Assembly (NCBI GenBank): GCA_034780895.1
Contig: JAUZTB010000068.1
Coordinates: 18,646,565-18,710,564, forward strand
Reading direction: 5' to 3'
Length of the DNA stretch: 64,000 nt
Origin: Rhynchobatus australiae
Lineage: Eukaryota
The position numbers were made by a program, and so were the translations under genes. Position 1 is the stretch's first letter. Every line of letters begins with the position of its first letter. This document shows, piece by piece, positions 50,901-59,900 of this stretch. The notes under the pieces are model-generated. The model saw only the letters and a program-made list of their open reading frames with translations. It did not search any database and had not been told where the DNA came from.

Positions 50901-53900
50901 CATGCACTGATTCTTAATCACCTCTTTGGACTTCTGGAACGGTCCCTCTTTTCTCTGTTTTCTTTGTCTTCTTTATCCTTTTTTTCCTTCTCTTCATCTT
51001 GCTTCTTCATGGTAGCCAACTTTTCCTGTTCAATCTGTAATAACAAATTTGTAAAGTTGTGAAAAACCAACAACATGTTCCATAATAAAAATTTCATAAT
51101 GTTATTTCATCTATGCCCAAGAATTCCTAAAATTAAAGAAGAAATACTACCTATTTACTAAACATTTAAAACTGAAATGATTCCGAACATTCTGGATCAA
51201 TCTTGCAGTTAAGACTGCAATCCACTGCACGTGAAAGTGTGATCCGAAATCAAGGGCTTAAAGGAACCAAATTCTTTACTCATTCTCCCCCCACCATACA
51301 AAATCAAAAGTGCAATTCACATATGAACGATGTACTACAATAGCTCCAATTGTTGCTTTAGCTTGTGATCCAACCATAAAATTTGATTTAGTCAAATGCC
51401 AACCTGCCATATATTTCAGAAATTTAAGCAGAGCACCGTCATAAAAATTAAAGTAGCACAGAAGATTGCCGAGATGGAAAATTAAAACCCAACCCAAATT
51501 TGTCCTAATTACAGCCATCCAAACCCATCTCCAGCCTGAGGACTTGTAAATTGTTTGCCACCCAATCCATGTTGGACTGCCAAACTCCACCTACAATTAC
51601 TGGGTCCGTAAGAAACCCATGGATGTTGTTTGTACTAGAACTATTGCACCAAGCACCCAACCAACTATTGTTCATTCCAACAGATTTATCGGCATGTACC
51701 ATTTTGGCCAAGGGGCCAGTTTCCATGCTACGATTATACAACCAAAGCTTTGTACGTGGTTTTAATGCATCAAGCCAAGCTTACACCAGGTGCCTATTCA
51801 ACGTGGCACATGTCTAATTTTTGCAATTGAAGCCAAGAGGTCACTGCCCAGGTGATAGGAGAGAGGAGGGTTGCTGCTCCAGACTCCAGCAGTTTATATC
51901 GAGGCAGCCCCAGCTATTCATGTCCCCTGTCCTCCCAGCTCAGGACCACTTCCCTGTCCTCTCCTAGCCTAGCAACACATTGAGCTCGCTGGCCTGTATA
52001 CACACCACCAGCTAGCAATCTGTTTACACTAACATTCCACATTGATTAATGTTTGAAGATGGCTTATCACCACTAGGACACAAGCCTCTGAATGTGCAAG
52101 GTTGATATTCACCCCAAGTCCACGTCAATCTGCGCCACAGCTTCTGACTGCTGCTCATTGCTTGTAAACTCTAACAAATTGCCACTTCCAGCCCCACAGT
52201 GCACGGTTTACCCTAACAATCTAGTGATAGACATGTCAGTGCCATACCAAGTTGAGATATATGAAACTTCTTGATCCAATGGGAGAAACCAGGGGTGGAT
52301 GGTCAATGAGAATGCTGATTCAATTTGAATTTTGTTTTTTTAAAACCCATTTACTTTTTTTAAATATACAGAAAGAATCAAGATCTTACAATTAACTCAA
52401 ATAGCAGGATTTTGTTTTTTTTTAGATAATCTGCTTATCCCAATTCAATCCCAAACCAAGGACTTGAAATGATATTGAAAGCCAATACAAATAGTCACAT
52501 CCCATTAGACTCCAGTCAGGTGGCCGTGTTCTAAAGCAGCAGATGTTCTCTCATGACAAGAATGATACACAAACATCAACAAAACAAGATACACCAAGAA
52601 ACAAGAAATGGAAAGGGCCTCATCACTACTCATGTTAAACTATACCCAAATCAAGTACATTTAGAGTTGTATTTTATCACAAAAGCCACATAGTACTGCT
52701 TTTATCCACAAGTGCGAAGGATAAATCCTGTCACAAAGGTTCTAAGCAAATGATCTCAACCTAGAATATCAATTCTATCAAATTCACAGAAGCATACAAA
52801 TACGTTACCTGTCGCTGTTTAATCTCTTCTTTCTTCTGTTCCAGAAAAGCAGAAGGGATTCCTGCAATGTTTTCTTGTGCACTCAACAGCAATGGCCACA
52901 ACTCGCCCATGAACATTCTTGCATTCTTTCCATTCAAGAACCCGGTCAAGTTAATCTGCATCAGCTTTGCATCTGGATTCTGCAACAGACACAAGATGAA
53001 GGCAGGAAGGTTATATGGAAAAATCCAAAAGCATTTTACCCTAATACTTCCAATCTACCTCAATATTCTAAAGACAAAATTGACAGTGGCAATACTTTAG
53101 ATGATGGTAAATTACATTAATAGCTTTTCTATCTATGCTGTGCATCATCAATGCGAATGCCCTGAACTAACAGCCTATATAAACTGGCTGAATATCAGCT
53201 TCGTCTTAAGATTTCTTTCAATATGAACAATACATTTAAATCCCATTTACGAGGCCAGACTGCCTCTCACTATTTCTGACAATAGCCAATGGGCATTCTG
53301 GAGTTTTATGAATGGATACTGCACATAGGTTGCCAGAGCAACGAGGTCCAGTAAAAAAAACACACAAACGTGTCAGAACACCACAAAGCATGTACAGAGT
53401 CCTGAGGTCTTCAATTTCTTCTGGTCGACTCCTGAACCCAAAGTTCCAAGTCCCCTGTAGAGAAAGATGTTCCCTTGGGTTGCTTCCGACTCCCTACTGC
53501 AACTCAATCACCTTGAGTATAATGTTATATCATTTATCTAAATTGTAAGAGACGAACAAGCAATAATGAGTAAACAGCCACATAAAAGAAAAATGAACAG
53601 TTTATATTCAACTTTGGCTTAATCTGCTTAAATAAACTTGCCTTCATGCTCCGTGAAAGAGCTGTCCCTACCTCTCCAGATCTGAGTTTTATATTAAATA
53701 TCTAATAACATGCAAATTCCTAAACTAGTTACAATGTACTAATTTAATGAACTATATAAAATATACACACTAGCATTCCACTGATTGTAATCCAAAATCT
53801 TGGCTAGTGCATACCTAAACCATTGTCTAGTATATAGCTACCAATGGTACTATATAATAAGATTCAAATTATGATTTTTAATCTACTCTAGATAGCACAT

Positions 53901-56900
53901 TTAGTTTATTTGACCATGGTTATAGCAATAAAGATAACTAAATCCATCGAACTACTTAGTAGGTACTGGGATACAAAGGCAGCCAGATCTGCTAATTTGG
54001 GTCTATTCCGGATTAAAGATTTTTTATATTTTAGAAATATTCCAACATTAATATTGGTTATTTGTTCAAAACTTAGCACTGGTATACAGAATGCTGGTAT
54101 ACAACATTCTTTAAAATATTGTCAAAGAATCTTTAAATTAGAGATAAGATCCATGTTTATTTGGTTGCAATCAAATATGAACCTACTGGAAGTTTGGGAA
54201 GGCTCTCAGAGTTGCAAGTAATATCATACACACTGTTACTACCAAGATTACAGACTAAAACCAACATCTAAACTATTTCTTATTTCCTTGCTTGCAAACT
54301 GCTTTCATCCTACTGCAATTATGGGTATGTGGGGACAGGAAAATGGGGCAGGGCACAGGCAGAATGGTGTGGGGCTGCAAACTTTCCACATACACCATTA
54401 TTGCCACTCGTTATTAAGATGTACACTTCAAGCACAGCGAAAAGGACAATTTTACTTTAGTTTCCCCCAAGATGAACATCTTGCTTCCATGTAACATTCT
54501 ACCTAGCAATATAGATGCTCTTTTGTTGTACATTTATCAAATGAAGAAGCCTGAACATTTCTACTTGGACAAACTAGATCAGACACATTTAAATGCTGAG
54601 GATACATTTCAGTCACGTGAAAATAGAATCTCAGGGCTACACAAATTCCATATATACCACTTGTAGTTCGACATCAAACATGGCTTTCCTTCTATGTAAT
54701 TTCTAAGCATTTTTCCCCAAAATGAAAGACATTCTCATTATCCCTTGNNNNNNNNNNNNNNNNNNNNNNNNNNNNNNNNNNNNNNNNNNNNNNNNNNNNN
54801 NNNNNNNNNNNNNNNNNNNNNNNNNNNNNNNNNNNNNNNNNNNNNNNNNNNNNNNNNNNNNNNNNNNNNNNNNNNNNNNNNNNNNNNNNNNNNNNNNNNN
54901 NNNNNNNNNNNNNNNNNNNNNNNNNNNNNNNNNNNNNNNNNNNNNNNNNNNNNNNNNNNNNCTCATCTAATCTGGCTACTGTTTTGCTTTCCACTTGTTA
55001 CTTCTGAGCAGTGTAAAGTTTTGTCCGAGTGCTCTTCATTGAATGGCATGAGGATTTTCGTCTGGTCACTTTACACAACTCACCTCCAAACACACACTGC
55101 ATCATCAAGGGAGGAGGGTCAGAGCGACATTGGAATTCACTTTGCTGTGACCTAACAAGGTGATGGTGCTATACTTCAGACGGAATAACATCCATTTTGG
55201 TTCAGGCCTTTTAAATCATAAATCACACGATCATTAGAAAAATGCTGTCAAAGGCTCTTATTATACAATAAAACAAGTAAGAACACATACAAGATGGATT
55301 TTCTTTTTGTTACCTGAGGGCTAACTGATGGGCCATTCAATATCTTCAACTGTTTCACAAAAGTATATTAAGCACTCATAAGCGTGAGCACTAAACTTTG
55401 TATATACAAATTCATTCAGCGTTCAAAAATATAATTCAACATTCAATTTTTAGCTTCAATTCAGAGAAAAACAAAAGTCAGATAATAATATCAATCTAAA
55501 CTAGCTGAATATATCTTCTAATATCTGGAAACTACAGACCAGTTAACCTGGCAATCAAATTCCATTTTAGAATCCAAATTGATTTCCAAGTATAATTAAA
55601 ATACAGAGTATAGAATAAAAATCTCAATGTACCCTTGTGAAAATAGCTAAAAGTGCTGAATGGCCCACAAAGAATCCTACCATATTTAAAGCTATCCTTG
55701 CAGCTTTTTAAACCATGTTTTTACTGTCAACATTAACTGTGTAGAAAACAAGCAGACCTGACACTTTACAAAATTTTCTTTCACCAAAAGTCCAGGTGAA
55801 AAACCACATCACAATAACTTTTTAAATACTCTTTCGTGTTTCCAATTATTACCTTCTCTTCAAGATGGTTGAAGATGAACTCAATAACAACATCATCTTC
55901 GAACCCAAGCATTTCGGTCACTCTCTGTGTAATCCATGGCTTGATCACCTCCAGGTTCACTTTATTCATATCCACCTGAAATAATTTTTTTTAAGAAAGA
56001 TTAACATTACAACTGAATTATTAGTCTAATGCCAATAAGTGATTAGAATCTATTATTGGCAACAGAACTGTTGATCACTTGTACAAAATGATAAAGCCAG
56101 TGTGGGTTGTAAAGGATAAGTACATGACTTGTTTATGGGCTTTCAGAAGGTATGCAGATTGATGGAATATAAATGACTTAAAAGAGAGGATATGGAATTG
56201 GAGAGACAATCTGCTTCTAGAAATAAGGAACTTGCTAGGAGGTAGCAGATAGTAAAGATAATTAGCAGGATGTGATCACCCTGAAATTGGTATTATGATC
56301 ACTGATTTTCATTCCACTTGGATAAATTGCTTTCTCTTCCTTTGCCCAAGTTTGACAATGTCATGAAGTGGTACAGCAAACATCTCANNNNNNNNNNNNN
56401 NNNNNNNNNNNNNNNNNNNNNNNNNNNNNNNNNNNNNNNNNNNNNNNNNNNNNNNNNNNNNNNNNNNNNNNNNNNNNNNNNNNNNNNAGGCAGCATCCTG
56501 GTAAATCTCCTCTGCACCCTCTCTGAAGCTTCCACATCCTTCCTATAATGAGGCGACCAGAACTGAACACAATACTTCAAGTGTGGTCTGACCAGAGTTC
56601 TATAGAGCTGCAACATCATCTCGCGACTCTTGAACTCTGTTGTTGCTTTACCTTATACTACCTCAATGCACTGTTGTAATTAATTGATCTGTATGCACAA
56701 GGCAAGTTTTTCACTGTAGCTCGGTATATATGACAATAATAAACCAATTAACTGAGCAATGGATTGGGGTGGAGAAGAGAGAATCCATTTGAATGGTTTA
56801 GAGGTGGAGATGAACAGTGGATCAGGCGAAATATCAGGGAAAATGGAGACACTAGCGACTGCGGATGCTGGAATCTGGAGCAACAAACATTTCCGGTCGA

Positions 56901-59900
56901 AACCCTGCATCAGAGGTGGAAAACTGATGCAGGGTTTTGACCCGAAATGTCGACAATTCCTCTCCTCCCACGGATGCTGCTCGACCCGCTGAGTTCCTCC
57001 AGCAGACTGTTGCTCTGAATGTCAGGGGAAACGTCAACTCTTCATCTATCCCATCAATTCCTTTAAAGTAAGAGGAGCTGCTAATTTATGCAGTCACGGA
57101 CAGAATCACTTATGTTTCTTGAATGCAAAGTGTCAAATGCATCTTGGCTGGGGATGTGACATGGGAGAGCGGGAGTGGGGAAGTGAATTCTTCCACAGAG
57201 CTGAATCACAAATCCAATGCTGTTCATTGAGACAGATCTCATCTCTAACAAGGGAGCCCCTGAGGCAGGGGACGTGGAGCCTGGTGATTTAGAGCAAATC
57301 TTACCCCAATAAAATCCCCATTCACAATTCAATAACATTGAGCTCTTGCTTCATTCACAGAGCCTTCGGGGAAAAGGTACCTCGTGAAAAGTATGAAATG
57401 CACCACAGCCAAAAGGAACAAAACATTCAGTCTTACAAAGGGGAAAACAACCAGCCAGATAACACGAGAGCAGTTCTATTGCACTGAAGTCCTCCGCTGA
57501 ATCTGGTTCAGTAACACAGCAAAACACAGTCGCACATCAATGGACTCAGGACACTCGAGGATGTGGAGGCTTTGGAGAGGGTGCCGAAGAGGGTACAGGA
57601 TGCTGCCTGGATTAGAGGGCATGAGCTATCACAAGAGGTTGGACAAACATGGGTGGTTTTCTCTGGAGTGGCGGAGGCTGGGGTGAGACCCATTAGAAGT
57701 ATGAGGGGCATAGACAGAGTAGACAGCCGGTATCTTTTTCCCAGGGTCAAAATGCCTAATACTACAGGGCATGCATCTATGGTGAAAGGGGATAAGTTCA
57801 AAGGAGATGCATGGGTAAGTTTTTTTCACACGGAGAGTGGTGGGTGCCTGGAATGCGTTGCCAGGGGTGGTGGTGGAGGCAAATATGATAGAGGTATTCA
57901 AGAGGCTCTTAGACAGGCACATGAATGTACAAGGAATGGAGGGATATGGACGTTGTGTAGGCAGAAGGGATTAGTTTGGGCAGGCGTTTAATTAGTTCGG
58001 CACAACATTGTGGGCCGAAGGGCCTGTTCCTCTGCTTTATGTTCTATGTTCTACATCAGAGGTGAATGAAACTGGAGGACGTAGGTTTAGGGTGAGGAGA
58101 AAGAGATTCAGAGAGGGAATGAGGGAGACCTTCTTTACCCAGAGAGTGGTGAGTACCTGGAATGTGCTGCCTGAGACAGTGGTTGAAGCTGGGCCATTAA
58201 TAGCACTTAAGAAGTGTTGAATGAGAACTTGAATCACTTAGGCACAGAGGGCTATGGACCAAGTGCTGGGTTACAGGGTTAATATGGAAGGTGCCCACTG
58301 GTCGGCATGAATGAGTTGGGCTGAATGGCCTGTCTCCAAGCTGTATGATTCTATTGACTCCATGAAGAGATTACAGGAAGGAAAGTAACAAATGGAATTT
58401 TTTACAAAATCTTTTTTGTTCAATTATTTATACGGAATCACAATCAACATTTACAAACATTCATATTTTCATTTCCCTTATCACAATAGGAGGCAGGCAC
58501 GGTAGTGTAGCGGTTAGTGTAATGCTATTACTGTGCCAGAGACCCAGGTTCAATTCCAGCCGCTGTCTGTGAGGAGTTTGTACGTTCTCCCTGTGTCTGC
58601 GTGGGTTTCCTCCGGGTGCTCTGGTTTCCTCCCACATTCCAAAGATGTATGGGTTAGTAAGTTAACATCGGTGTAATTGGGTGGCGCAGGCTCGTTGGGC
58701 CTGTTACCTGCTGTATAATTAAAGTTTTAAAGTTTCTTTATTTGGACATTCAGAGGTTGTAAAAACATGCAAAATATCGCACAAGCTCTTTTTTCACTAT
58801 GAGTCTTTCACCCATTGTCTGCCTTCCCTGCCTCTTAATCCAGGTTACCTCTGCTAAGTGCTTTGGAGCTATATATAGAAAAGTTGGAATGCATGATTAA
58901 TGTTACGTGCACTCCATCAACTGAGGTAATGATGCATGTGTGGCTAGGCTTCACATCAGCCATTAATATGCTGTTATCCTGTAAATATCTTTGGACAAGC
59001 CTTTCATCTTGGCTGATTTATACAGTACTAACATCAATAACTTTTGCCTGCTTTCTACTGAGGCAAGTTTCTGGACAGTTTCTAATTAGTTGGGTTCATT
59101 GCACAAATAGAGACATTTCTTCATTTTCCTTTTTTACCAGTAGACTGATAACTGACCATCTATCAAAATTCTGATAATGTGTGCCATCAAAACAGAGGTA
59201 AAGACCAGCTTCAATCAGTCACAAGGTTTTTGCATATGCTCCAGTCTCAAGCAGTCATTCACCTCGGTCTCTGTTCCACATGGTGGGACAGATAGGTTGT
59301 TGCCCAATGGGAGGAAATTGTCAGAGTGCATCAGCTACCTTTTCCTCTGCGTTCAATGTGCAATTAATATTTAAGAGACTGTAGTGAGATGAAAATTAAT
59401 CTGGGGTCAAGTGTGTGATTCTAATCCAATTTGTGCTACTTGTCTGCAGACAGGACAAAAAGGATTAATGGATGAGCAGAAATGAGTTAGCTATAGACAT
59501 ACATGAGATGCCCAGCATAGAATGAAGGGATGCCAACTGCCATGGTATAGTACACTGCAAATTCCTGACATGTAGGAAGCATTCATTCACCTGTGTTGAA
59601 GTGAAATTCTGGATTTGTAAAAGTCTGTTCCAAACTTCTACTATTCTTTGCAACAGAAGTTTCCCAGCTTCACTCCCTAAAGATGATTCCAATATTTAAA
59701 CTGTGCCCAGTAATCTCAGATTCCTGAATCAGTGAAATGGTTTCTATCAACCTTTATCAGCTCCCTTCAAATAAAATCCATAGACATTCCCTCACCAATA
59801 TTTCAGTCACCTTTTCAAAAAATTAAAATTAGGTTCTTGAAAAATGACAGACAATGCAAAGCCTTGCTGGCTCTTTCTGAAAAGCTTAACTTAATTTTGA

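Noticed and set aside
2490-55155. Long ORFs made mostly of X residues
   Set aside because: Artefacts of translating N-gaps.
58489-58570. tRNA-like sequence with A and B boxes (also 21978)
   Set aside because: It is the head of a V-SINE, continuing straight into the V domain; not a tRNA gene.
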